This document shows, in pieces, positions 9,154 to 17,062 of a stretch of DNA of 33,426 nucleotides. The notes beneath the pieces are model-generated. The model had not been told where the DNA came from. It saw only the letters and a list, made by a program, of their open reading frames with translations, and did no database searches. Source of the DNA: Thaumarchaeota archaeon CSP1-1. Its GTDB lineage: Archaea; Thermoproteota; Nitrososphaeria; Nitrososphaerales; Nitrosopumilaceae. The translations under genes and the position numbers were made by a program. The stretch is taken from NCBI GenBank assembly GCA_963919845.1, contig CAWTZT010000024.1, positions 1 through 33,426 on the forward strand. The letters run 5' to 3'. Each line of letters opens with the position of its first letter. Position 1 is the first letter of the stretch.

Positions 9154-9513
9154 CTAAGTTTTTTCAAGATGTTCTAATATTTTTTTAGCTAGTTCGTTTT
9201 TAGAGTCAACTTTTAGAATTTTGTTACAACAGTTGATTACTGATTTATTTTCTTTAAGATAAAGATGAACATTTGCCTTAAGTAAAAGTGCTTCAGTGTC
9301 ATATTCTCTAACATCCAATACTTTATCAAAATAGTGTAATGAGTTTTTTGTATCCTCTAAAATGTAGTATATACTTCCTAAAATGAAAAGGACATCAGTG
9401 TCATTAGGATTTTTTTCTTCTAATCTTTTTCCAAGCTCTAAAGCTTCTTTGTATTCTCCTTCATGGACTAGTTTTTTTATGCGATTTTTTGGACGTGAAA
9501 AAAATTCAAACAT
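9154..9513 (-). CDS. TPR-repeat protein
   Basis: 119 aa. YKEALELGKRLEEKNPNDTDVLFILGSIYYILEDTKNSLHYFDKVL...ALLLKANVHLYL fits about three 34-aa TPR units. Confidence 0.7.
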   Translation of the reverse strand: MFEFFSRPKNRIKKLVHEGEYKEALELGKRLEEKNPNDTDVLFILGSIYYILEDTKNSLHYFDKVLDVREYDTEALLLKANVHLYLKENKSVINCCNKILKVDSKNELAKKILEHLEKT

Positions 9514-9549
9514 AATTTTTCATTCACGCAAAATTGTAAATTATTTTTT

Positions 9550-11031
9550 TTAGGCAATCCTCATGATGCCTTCTTTAATTAGATATTGAATTCCTTGGAC
9601 AAAGTCACTGTCAGTTATTTGTCCATCAGCCCACCATCCAGCATTGTTTCTAATCCAATCTGGAATTTCATTACTACTAGAACCAGTTCCCTGGGATGTG
9701 AGAGGAATTTTCATGATATCTTCTTTTATAAGATATTGGATTCCTTGAACAAATGAATTATCATCAATTTGGTTATCAGCCCACCATCTTGCATTATTTT
9801 TAATCCATGATGGAATTTCAAGAGTTTGTACTGGTGGTGGTTTAATTATAGAACCCCCGCCTGAAATTAGAATATCAATTTTTAAAATATCTGGAGCAGT
9901 AGATGGAATAATGTGTTCTGGACTTAAACCATAAATCAAAATTACATAATGGGCAGTTCCTGGAGGTTCTTTTACTAGAATTGAATACCGTACCTGGCCT
10001 GAAGGAGAATATAGGAAGGGTTTTCCTTCATCTGATGAAATTGTCCTAACTTTATTTCCATTATCATCAATAACCCAAATATCATAATGAACTTGGTTTA
10101 GAAATTCAGTTTCATCAAATTTATTCTTGAATTTGATTATCCATTCTAAATTACATCCTGTTTTAGGATTTTCTGGACCATAATTGACTTCCAAAAGATA
10201 TTTGGAATCTCTAGTTGCTTTCTTTACGAATACAAAATCATAAATTTTTTGACAGTCACTGGCCACTTGTTGCTCCGGTGTAGAAACAATTCCTGAAAAA
10301 GGATCTTGCAGTACATTTTCTTTGTAATCTAATAAACTAAATTCATATTCAGTTGGGGGTATTCCTTCAGAAACATGAGTAAATGTACTTGCTTTCACTG
10401 GAAATGGAAAGTCATCTAAAACCCAAATTTGGCTTGTATATCCTCCAGTACGCCATGAAATAAGAACTGTTTCAGGAAATGTACCTGCTGGAACTGAAAT
10501 AGATTCTATAGAAGTTGGTCTGACTTGTTGTCCACCAATGTTTCCAATTTTTCCCCATGATGGCATATTAAATCTTTTTGGACCCTCACCACCTTCACCA
10601 CCATAGGATGTAGCAAAAGCAGAAAGCCAGGCAATTGACGTTTTGAAAGCACTACGGTAAGTAATTAACTCAGAACTTCCACCAGTTGGTTCTGGTGCAA
10701 TTTTACCCAATTCCATATTTCCTCTTACAATCTTGTTACGGTCATATACTACGACTTGAACAAGCCATTTATCTTCTGTTTCAACTCTAATGTCACCTTC
10801 TATCCAAAAGTCCATTTGAAAATTTTGACATTCTTTGTAATCAACATGACAAAGACTATAAGAAAAATAATCTCCTTTTTTTAGGCCTTCTCCAGCATAC
10901 CAATCGCCAGGAAGATCAACACCACCACCTATCTCTTGAGCTAAAGCTGTTTGCAGAAAAGAATGTCCAGAAAATATTATTCCAAAAATGGTAATGACAA
11001 GAAATAATTCTTTCAAGTGTATACTTTGCAA
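9550..11031 (-). CDS. Secreted protein of unknown function with two C-terminal copies of a ~39-aa W-W-A-D module
   Basis: 493 aa. Hydrophobic N-terminus LFLVITIFGIIFSGHSFLQTALA/QE (TTG start). C-terminal repeats are EIPSWIKNNARWWADNQIDDNSFVQGIQYLIKEDIMKIP and EIPDWIRNNAGWWADGQITDSDFVQGIQYLIKEGIMRIA. Confidence 0.7.
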   Translation of the reverse strand: MQSIHLKELFLVITIFGIIFSGHSFLQTALAQEIGGGVDLPGDWYAGEGLKKGDYFSYSLCHVDYKECQNFQMDFWIEGDIRVETEDKWLVQVVVYDRNKIVRGNMELGKIAPEPTGGSSELITYRSAFKTSIAWLSAFATSYGGEGGEGPKRFNMPSWGKIGNIGGQQVRPTSIESISVPAGTFPETVLISWRTGGYTSQIWVLDDFPFPVKASTFTHVSEGIPPTEYEFSLLDYKENVLQDPFSGIVSTPEQQVASDCQKIYDFVFVKKATRDSKYLLEVNYGPENPKTGCNLEWIIKFKNKFDETEFLNQVHYDIWVIDDNGNKVRTISSDEGKPFLYSPSGQVRYSILVKEPPGTAHYVILIYGLSPEHIIPSTAPDILKIDILISGGGSIIKPPPVQTLEIPSWIKNNARWWADNQIDDNSFVQGIQYLIKEDIMKIPLTSQGTGSSSNEIPDWIRNNAGWWADGQITDSDFVQGIQYLIKEGIMRIA

Positions 11032-11096
11032 ATTTCCTAGTTTAAAGGTTGTTCAAATAGGCAAATATAGAGGCAAGAGTTTTGATTATTTAGGAC

Positions 11097-11261
11097 ATGT
11101 GTGAGTGTACCAAAATTCACTTGTATGAAGTGGAATTCAAATTAGCTGGAATGACTGTTGTTCCAACTCACAAGAATTGTGGTGACTCGTTAAATGAAAA
11201 ACAAGCTGACTCGTTTCAAAAAGAGTTAGTAAAATCTTGGGGATTTGAGGAAGAAGATTAG
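11097..11261 (+). CDS. Candidate small ORF (54 aa), possible Cys/His metal-binding micro-protein
   Basis: Manual translation: MCECTKIHLYEVEFKLAGMTVVPTHKNCGDSLNEKQADSFQKELVKSWGFEEED*. aaatatag (11063-11070) lies about 30 nt upstream of the ATG. The ORF is below the track's size cut-off. There is no other support. Confidence 0.25.
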   Translation: MCECTKIHLYEVEFKLAGMTVVPTHKNCGDSLNEKQADSFQKELVKSWGFEEED

Positions 11262-11299
11262 GAATTTTTGAAAAAAGAAAAGAAAAATAATGTGAAAAA

Positions 11300-11443
11300 T
11301 TACAATGCTTTTACGGCTTCTATGCAAACATCGGTTTTACATTTGCAATCTTGACTGCAAATACAATGACCCTGCATTGCACAATCACATGAATAATCTG
11401 GATCGCCACTATCGGCTTCGCATCCACACGCTTGATCTACCAT
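11300..11443 (-). CDS. Candidate 47-aa cysteine-rich (4 x CxC) metallothionein-like peptide
   Basis: Codon-by-codon reverse translation: MVDQACGCEADSGDPDYSCDCAMQGHCICSQDCKCKTDVCIEAVKAL*. It has 9 Cys and 1 His in 47 aa. TATTAAAA (complement of 11466-11473) is centred about 27 nt upstream of the ATG, which fits a leaderless archaeal transcript. The opposite-strand track ORF 11305..11541 has an implausible composition. Confidence 0.45.
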   Translation of the reverse strand: MVDQACGCEADSGDPDYSCDCAMQGHCICSQDCKCKTDVCIEAVKAL

Positions 11444-11501
11444 GCAGGAGAGATCTCATCCCTAGTTTTAATATGTTTTCAAACATATCCGAATGGGGAT
11501 A

Positions 11502-12422
11502 TCAGGTTATTTGTAAAATCATATCGTTTGCAGTTTTATGAAGAATATCGGCTTGTTGTTTGATTTTAGTCTGATCATTATCTACATCAAAAGCTACTTT
11601 CAAAATATGTATCAATTCAGGTCTCCTATGAAGTGTATCCTTAATTTTCATAAAGTTATTTCGATTGATAATTCCAAGATAGAAATAACAATCAGAAATT
11701 AAAGAATTTTCAATAAAGTAATCATGCTTTTTTTGAATAATTTTTGAATGATCATTTTGCTCAATCATGTCAGAAAAACCTAAAGATGATTTACACATTC
11801 TAGATAGTAATGATGGAGTCGCTCTTTCGATTCCTATACAATCATTCACAATAGAAAAGTTTTCATTAATTTTATTTTTTTCAAATTCTCGTAGATTATC
11901 TAACATATGTGCTGGACTAGGATTTTTTGAATTTGCAAGAAAAATTGCATCTGCGATAAAATAGGCTGAACACTTTATCCAAGTTGATGCAAAAGGATCA
12001 GAGTTTTTTAATCCTTCCTTTGTTTTGACTGCACAAACAGAAGCATCTATGAGACAACTCTTTGCGTAAGCTTTGAAAATTTTTTCTTTATTATCCTTTA
12101 TTTTTGTTAAGAAAATTCTTAGTTCCCATTTTTCGTCCCAAAGAATTTTCAAATTTGCATATTGTGTTAGGGTTTCATTTCTTGATTCTTCAAGTGAGCC
12201 ATGATGAAGTTTGATAAATTCATTTTCAAATTCAATTATTGAATCATTTTCGTTTTTCTCATCAAAAACTGTAATGTTGTGTTCACAGCATTCAAAACTA
12301 TGTCCATTGTTTCTACATCCACCTAGACTAACAGGAAATTTAGTTAAAGAAAAATTTTCCAAAAATTTTTTGTAATCCACAAAAAAACTTTTCTTAGATT
12401 TTCTATAAAGTATCAAACTCAT
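11502..12422 (-). CDS. Hypothetical protein (306 aa); small alpha/beta N-domain plus helical C-domain
   Basis: Clean ATG-started ORF. The N-terminal ...FPVSLGGCRNNGHSFECCEHNITVFDE... loosely resembles a degenerate minimal-nucleotidyltransferase hG[GS]-x(n)-[DE]h[DE]h strand-turn. The rest is helical. No confident family assignment. Confidence 0.55.
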   Translation of the reverse strand: MSLILYRKSKKSFFVDYKKFLENFSLTKFPVSLGGCRNNGHSFECCEHNITVFDEKNENDSIIEFENEFIKLHHGSLEESRNETLTQYANLKILWDEKWELRIFLTKIKDNKEKIFKAYAKSCLIDASVCAVKTKEGLKNSDPFASTWIKCSAYFIADAIFLANSKNPSPAHMLDNLREFEKNKINENFSIVNDCIGIERATPSLLSRMCKSSLGFSDMIEQNDHSKIIQKKHDYFIENSLISDCYFYLGIINRNNFMKIKDTLHRRPELIHILKVAFDVDNDQTKIKQQADILHKTANDMILQIT

Positions 12423-12747
12423 TAAAATTTACCAAAGAATGTAATGTCAAAACATTCCTTTGTATTATCAGAAAAACTAGCAATTTACAAGGTTTTGTAT
12501 TTAAAGAAAAAAAATGATTTATCGAAATTGGATTTTCTTTAGGAGATGGGATTTTTATTTTTGGAGTATTGCCTAACCAATCCTTAATCTCTCTTCCTGA
12601 TGTTAATGATGAAGCTTGAAAATTATCCGAATTCACCTTCATGAACCTAATTGGTTCGACAAAAATTTTAAATTTAATTATTAATTATATCATATCATCA
12701 TAAACGATCCCTTAGTAAAATCAATAATTGAACAGCTTTGTTATGGA

Positions 12748-13131
12748 ATGATCTTGAGCAAAAGTGGCCTAAAATCTGCAAACGAAATGGCATTCATCAG
12801 TATAGACGATGCAGTGACGACTGCACTTATTAATTATATAAAAATCAATAATCTTTCAGAAGTAAAGAGTAATGATAAATCATTTAACAATTTTGACTTA
12901 TTTTTGGAACTAATTGAAAAACAAAACAAAATAAGAAAATTTGAAATGCGTGACATTAAAAAATTTCATAATCTTAGAAAAAATCTATTTCAACAATCAG
13001 ATGTTATAAGTATGGAAGCGGTTAACGAATACGTAGTTCTTGTAAAAGTTCTTCTTGCATATTTGTATAATTATCGTGCATCAAAATCAGGATGGGATCA
13101 AATGGTAAAAGAATACCAGAATAATTTGTGA
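12748..13131 (+). CDS. Hypothetical protein (127 aa, helical)
   Basis: ATG ORF divergent from 11502..12422 across a 325-nt spacer. No motif recognised with confidence. Confidence 0.45.
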   Translation: MILSKSGLKSANEMAFISIDDAVTTALINYIKINNLSEVKSNDKSFNNFDLFLELIEKQNKIRKFEMRDIKKFHNLRKNLFQQSDVISMEAVNEYVVLVKVLLAYLYNYRASKSGWDQMVKEYQNNL

Positions 13132-13290
13132 ATTGGCATATTGGTTTCTCTTCCCTTTCAAATCTCAAAGTAATTTAGCGAAATTGTAATCTACCTAGAA
13201 ATTTTAAATGAAGTTATTAGAAAAACTACTGATTTAACGACCTAAATTACGAATGTATATTTTCAAAAAATTTTCTTGATAAACTGTTCC

Positions 13291-13298
13291 TTTAAATT
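13291..13298 (+). promoter_or_regulatory. TATA-box candidate for tRNA-Glu
   Basis: tttaaatt is centred about 28 nt upstream of tRNA position 1 (13323), the canonical archaeal TATA-to-TSS spacing. Confidence 0.35.
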
Positions 13299-13322
13299 GC
13301 GAAATGTTATGGTTTTTACCTA

Positions 13323-13398
13323 GCTCCTGTGGTGTAGTCCGGCTAAGCATACTGCCCTCTCAAGGCAGTGATCTCGGGTTCAAATCCCGACGGGAGCA
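13323..13398 (+). tRNA. tRNA-Glu (anticodon CUC)
   Basis: Hand-folded cloverleaf. Acceptor GCUCCUG/CGGGAGC, D-stem GUGU/GCAU with a GG-containing loop, anticodon stem CUGCC/GGCAG with loop CU-CUC-AA, 5-nt variable loop, T-arm UCGGG-UUCAAAU-CCCGA, discriminator A. No encoded CCA and no intron. Confidence 0.9.
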
Positions 13399-13446
13399 TT
13401 GATTTTATGATTATAGTTGAACGAATTTTAAAAAAAGAAAAAAAGG

Positions 13447-14226
13447 TTAGTTACTTCCAATTAGGAAAATTACACTAACTGTTGTAGTAATATCCTGATC
13501 AGAAGTAAACACTGGTGTTGCAGCTTTCATACTTTCAGATACGGCCAAATCAAATGATCGAAGATAAGGCATTGGGGGTGGCATTCCAAATTCGGAAAGA
13601 GAAACAGCCTTTACTCCAATAATTTTGTGATTTAAAGGAGCTAATGCTTTTTCTGCTTTGGACTTTGCATTTTTTATAGCTTCTTCAAGTAACAAATCTT
13701 TGAATTGAGTTTGTTTTTGTGGTGATAGTGAAAAGTAAACACTATCAATTCTGTTTGCGCCTGCTTCTACTGCACTATCGATAATGTCTGCAGCCTTATC
13801 TAGGCTTTTTGTCTTTACCATTAAGATATTGGATACTCTATATCCAACAAGTTCTTGAGTACGTTTTCCTTGAGGTTCATTATAATAGTCATAGATTGGT
13901 GAAATGTTTATTCTCGTGGTACTTAATTCATCCTCGGTGATTCCTACTCCCATGATAGCATTTACAACATTTGACATCGATTGAGAGTTTGAATCAAGAG
14001 ATGCCTTTGCAGTTTTTTCTTGAGTTTCAACACCGAATTGAATTACTAATCGGTCTGGGTCTACTGAAGTAGTAGCTATCCCAGTAACTGAAATCACTTT
14101 TTCTCGTGATGGAAATGGAGTTGTTTCTTGAGCTGTTGCTTGATTTACTATAGGGGATAGATTGACTGCTAAAGCTAAAATCAATACTACACCAGTAAGT
14201 GCTGCTAAGCTTATGGTTTTGTTCAT
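13447..14226 (-). CDS. SIMPL/DUF541-family secreted protein (BP26-like)
   Basis: 259 aa with signal/anchor MNKTISLAALTGVVLILALAV. ISVTGIATTSVDPDRLVIQFGVETQEKTAKASLDSNSQSMSNVVNAI....GI...ELSTTRINISP matches the DUF541 N-terminal pattern. A-run 13429-13444 (T-run on the minus strand) directly follows the stop. Confidence 0.75.
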   Translation of the reverse strand: MNKTISLAALTGVVLILALAVNLSPIVNQATAQETTPFPSREKVISVTGIATTSVDPDRLVIQFGVETQEKTAKASLDSNSQSMSNVVNAIMGVGITEDELSTTRINISPIYDYYNEPQGKRTQELVGYRVSNILMVKTKSLDKAADIIDSAVEAGANRIDSVYFSLSPQKQTQFKDLLLEEAIKNAKSKAEKALAPLNHKIIGVKAVSLSEFGMPPPMPYLRSFDLAVSESMKAATPVFTSDQDITTTVSVIFLIGSN

Positions 14227-14337
14227 TGTTTGGATGGATTAGTTTAGGTATATATGAAATTCGAAGGATTGATTCGAATTATTTGATACTTTGAATCAGT
14301 AATTTTCTTTAAATAAGAAACTTGTATTTGAACTTCA

Positions 14338-15000
14338 TTGGGATTAAAAGATCTTTCATTGAAGGAAGAATATCGTTCAGATAGAGAGAATTTAATTGAG
14401 GAGTTCTTTCTGCCGTGTCTTGATAATTGCATAGAGTATGACAGAGCAGTAGAATATATTGCACTAAAGAGTCTCACTGCATATTATTTTGGTCTTAAGA
14501 GCTTTGTTCAGAATAATGTCCAAATTAGAATGGTAACTGGACATAGGTTACGAACATCTGATCTTAATGCTTTAGCCAAATTATATAGTAAAAAAAATGG
14601 AAAAAATTTATTCGATATTAAATCAAATTACGATGAAAAATACAAGTTGTTAGATCAAATGATTAAAAATAACAAACTAATGATAAAAATTGCGATACCA
14701 ATTTCAGAAGAAGTTTATGGTTCTTTTGAAGAAAAAATTGGAATTTTTAGAGATGAACATGATGATGTTATAGCATTTACAGGTACTTCAAATGAAACTT
14801 TTGATCCTCAGAATAGAAATTTTGAATCAATCGATGTGTTCACTTCATGGAATGATAAATCACGAGTAGAGATTAAAATAAAAGATTTTGAAAATTTATG
14901 GCAAAATAAGACAAAAAATTTACAAGTTTATGATTTTGAACATGCAGTAAAAAATAATCTTCTTAGTTATTCTGCAGAGTGGGCTCTAAATCTTTCATGA
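14338..15000 (+). CDS. Stand-alone PLD-like (HKD-superfamily) nuclease-type domain protein with catalytic His replaced by Glu
   Basis: 220 aa. TTG is the first possible start (in-frame TGA at 14329-14331). EEYRSDRENLIEEFFLPCLDNCIEYDRAVEYIALKSL....IRMVTGHRLRTSDLNAL....FEEKIGIFRDEHDDVIAFTGTSNETF....NFESIDVFTSW....FENLW parallels the N-terminal PLD-like module of helicase-nuclease proteins (FyiPaL...YDRavGYF...HeKxGIF.D....f.GS.NeT....N.E...vf.sW). The HxK position reads E-E-K. Confidence 0.6.
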   Translation: MGLKDLSLKEEYRSDRENLIEEFFLPCLDNCIEYDRAVEYIALKSLTAYYFGLKSFVQNNVQIRMVTGHRLRTSDLNALAKLYSKKNGKNLFDIKSNYDEKYKLLDQMIKNNKLMIKIAIPISEEVYGSFEEKIGIFRDEHDDVIAFTGTSNETFDPQNRNFESIDVFTSWNDKSRVEIKIKDFENLWQNKTKNLQVYDFEHAVKNNLLSYSAEWALNLS

Positions 15001-15570
15001 TAGTTTGAAACTTTTCAAATCTAATTTTGCTGTGTTTTGTAGAAAATTCATTCTGGAAATTTTGTAATAAATCACTTCGCCTCTTCTTTCAATCACAGCA
15101 ATAATTGGTTCTTTTCCCATCTGAGTAATTTGTTGAATTTTTTTTTGTAATCGTCCAATTTTTTCCTGTTTTCCTTCGCTTAATCCAAACACCAAGTATT
15201 TTGCCCCTTTTTCACCATAATGGCCCCGCTCATAAACTCTAAAATCAGAACCAAAACCAAAACCATCTTTAACGGTATAGCCTCTTGACCTCAAATCCCT
15301 AAAGATAAGAAATTTTGTAAGAGTATCTTCATTATGTTTGATGCAAGTTTGCATGAGAGAAGTAAAATCAATAATTTTTCCCCCTTTGTTTAGTTTGAGT
15401 TTATTACAGTACAACAGATAAAGAGATTCAAAGGGTTTTAAGAAAAATTTTTTTTTGCTTATTTCTCCATAGCCTTTCTGTTCAAGGATTTTTTGCGTTT
15501 CCTTGTTTGAAATTAGTATTTGATCTTTAACCAATTCACCTTCAACTTCAGGTTCAGAGTCTGCTGACAT
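14995..15570 (-). CDS. endA: tRNA-splicing endonuclease subunit (EndA family)
   Basis: 191 aa. FLIFRDLRSRGYTVKDGFGFGSDFRVYERG....AKYLVFG....IIAVIERRGEVIYYKI is the EndA catalytic-domain pattern. I cannot tell whether it is the catalytic or the structural subunit of an alpha2beta2 enzyme. Confidence 0.8.
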   Translation of the reverse strand: MSADSEPEVEGELVKDQILISNKETQKILEQKGYGEISKKKFFLKPFESLYLLYCNKLKLNKGGKIIDFTSLMQTCIKHNEDTLTKFLIFRDLRSRGYTVKDGFGFGSDFRVYERGHYGEKGAKYLVFGLSEGKQEKIGRLQKKIQQITQMGKEPIIAVIERRGEVIYYKISRMNFLQNTAKLDLKSFKLS

Positions 15571-15679
15571 GTTGAAAGTTCATTGTTACCATATATGGGT
15601 GCGTCGAAGCATCTAATTTTTTACAAAAGACTAACGGTTAAAATATGGGCATCAGTTGGTAGTGATAATCAGTGATACT

Positions 15680-16174
15680 ATGCACGGTGGAAACTATAGA
15701 AGAGGTAACGGACAGCCCTATACAAGAAAAAAATACATCAAAGGTAAACCACAAATAAAAATCGCCAAATTTGAAGGTGGCAAGGCAGGAGATTATGATT
15801 ACAGAGTTGAGTTATTGATTAATGAAAAAATGCAAATTCGACATATGGCTATTGAAGCAACCAGACTTTCTGCAAACAAAGTTGTTGAAAAAGCAGCAGG
15901 AGAAACTGGTTTCTATTCCAAAGTGCGAATATACCCTCATGTATTACTAAGAGAAAACAAGATGATTGCAGCTGCTGGGGCAGATAGATTACAAGAAGGT
16001 ATGAGAAGGGCATTTGGAAAAGCTGTAAGTTTAGGAGCACGAGTAAAACGAGGTCAAATTATCATGGAGATGCATGTAAAAAAAGAACATCTCGAAATTG
16101 CTAAAAAAGCCTTGAAATCTGCTTGTGTAAAGTTAGCTGGAACTCCTACAATCAAAGTTTATCCTTTAAAATAA
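15680..16174 (+). CDS. rpl10e: 50S ribosomal protein L10e (uL16)
   Basis: YRRGNGQPYTRKKYIKGKPQIKIAKFEGG...RHMAIEATRLSANK...GADRLQEGMRRAFGK. The track ORF begins at TTG 15656. ATG 15680 (MHGGNYRR...) is the likelier start. Confidence 0.9.
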   Translation: MHGGNYRRGNGQPYTRKKYIKGKPQIKIAKFEGGKAGDYDYRVELLINEKMQIRHMAIEATRLSANKVVEKAAGETGFYSKVRIYPHVLLRENKMIAAAGADRLQEGMRRAFGKAVSLGARVKRGQIIMEMHVKKEHLEIAKKALKSACVKLAGTPTIKVYPLK

Positions 16175-16178
16175 TAAT

Positions 16179-16448
16179 TTAATGAAATTTTTCTATAAAC
16201 TCTTTTTGCCTTTGTTTTAAGATTTCCAAAAATTCAGAAAATTCTTCAGGTGTAGGATCTCTTTTTAGAATTCTTCTACATTGGTAATGAAATGAATTGT
16301 AAAGTCTACCTATAATAATTCCATATGCAAAGGAATCTTTTTTTTTAGATAACTCTTCTAATGATTTTATAATCTTTGAAATTTTATCTGTTCTAGTAAA
16401 AGTTTCTTTAATTTTTTGTTCTATAATTTCAATAAGCTTTTCATCCAT
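16179..16448 (-). CDS. Hypothetical small helical protein (89 aa)
   Basis: ATG ORF with Lys/Glu-rich helical composition and no recognisable motif. Confidence 0.45.
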   Translation of the reverse strand: MDEKLIEIIEQKIKETFTRTDKISKIIKSLEELSKKKDSFAYGIIIGRLYNSFHYQCRRILKRDPTPEEFSEFLEILKQRQKEFIEKFH

Positions 16449-16532
16449 CTGATATCTTACATTTACAAGATTAAAAACAATGGCAATAATATCAATATGC
16501 TTTAATAGAGAAAATTAATCTTAACCGTTTGA

Positions 16533-16606
16533 GCAGTTGTAGTATAGCTTGGTTATTATGCGAGCTTGCCAAGTTCGTGGCCCGGGTTCAAATCCCGGCA
16601 ACTGCA
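16533..16606 (+). tRNA. tRNA-Gly (anticodon GCC)
   Basis: Acceptor GCAGUUG/CAACUGC, anticodon stem CGAGC/GUUCG with loop UU-GCC-AA, T-arm CCGGG-UUCAAAU-CCCGG, discriminator A. tttaatag (16501-16508) lies about 28 nt upstream, and a T6 run (16607-16612) follows immediately. Confidence 0.9.
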
Positions 16607-16630
16607 TTTTTTAAAAAATTACAAGTGAAA

Positions 16631-17059
16631 TTAAGAATCTTTTTTTATTCCTCTTTTTATGAGGTCTAAAGCATTAATTGCTTTTTCAGGTTTTGGAAGT
16701 TGAATCATAAAGACATTTTCTTGTCCAACTTGAGAATGAGGGGACGATATAGCAAGCATTGAGGTTTTTGCCAAAGATTCAAAAAATTCCAAGGATTTGT
16801 TTGCGTAAAGGAGAATCTTTTCATGAATATCTCCTTCTGAAAATTCTAATGAAATCTCTACAAAAATATTTCCTTTTTTGTTATCAAGTATATTTAGATC
16901 TGTGTTAATAGATATTGCCTTACCTGCAGTCTTTTGAAGAATTTCTGAAAATCGTTTTTCTGATAAAACAATACAAGGAATTTTTTCATCTTTATAATTA
17001 AATTCGGTGATGCTTTCATGTACTCGTCCCATCAATTCTTTCATTTCATCGTCTAACAT
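16631..17059 (-). CDS. Hypothetical protein (142 aa), co-oriented 3 nt downstream of the antiporter gene
   Basis: ATG ORF. A 3-nt gap separates it from the stop of 17063..18364. No motif recognised. Confidence 0.5.
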   Translation of the reverse strand: MLDDEMKELMGRVHESITEFNYKDEKIPCIVLSEKRFSEILQKTAGKAISINTDLNILDNKKGNIFVEISLEFSEGDIHEKILLYANKSLEFFESLAKTSMLAISSPHSQVGQENVFMIQLPKPEKAINALDLIKRGIKKDS

Positions 17060-17062
17060 GTT

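Noticed and set aside
11305-11541. 78-aa plus-strand track ORF
   Set aside because: The composition is implausible (His/Arg/Cys/Leu-rich with no domain). It lies antisense to a much better supported Cys-rich small ORF that has a correctly spaced TATA box, and it also overlaps the 3' end of 11502..12422.
12434-12458. Imperfect hairpin AAAGAATG-n11-CATTCCTT just upstream of the 306-aa gene start
   Set aside because: It matches only 7 of 8 positions with a large loop in an A/T-rich spacer, which is within chance expectation. No second copy was seen.
12403-12642. 79-aa minus-strand ORF overlapping the start of the 306-aa gene
   Set aside because: It sits in the divergent promoter spacer and overlaps the downstream gene by 20 nt in another frame. 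It has no motif or TATA at the proper distance and a low-complexity sequence.
13323-15000. tRNA-Glu as the attachment site of an integrated element (island containing the SIMPL and PLD-like genes)
   Set aside because: No integrase or recombinase gene is present. By eye I found no direct repeat of the tRNA 3' half elsewhere in the window; the only similar stretch is the T-arm of tRNA-Gly. There is no obvious compositional shift. The flanking endA and rpl10e are core genes.
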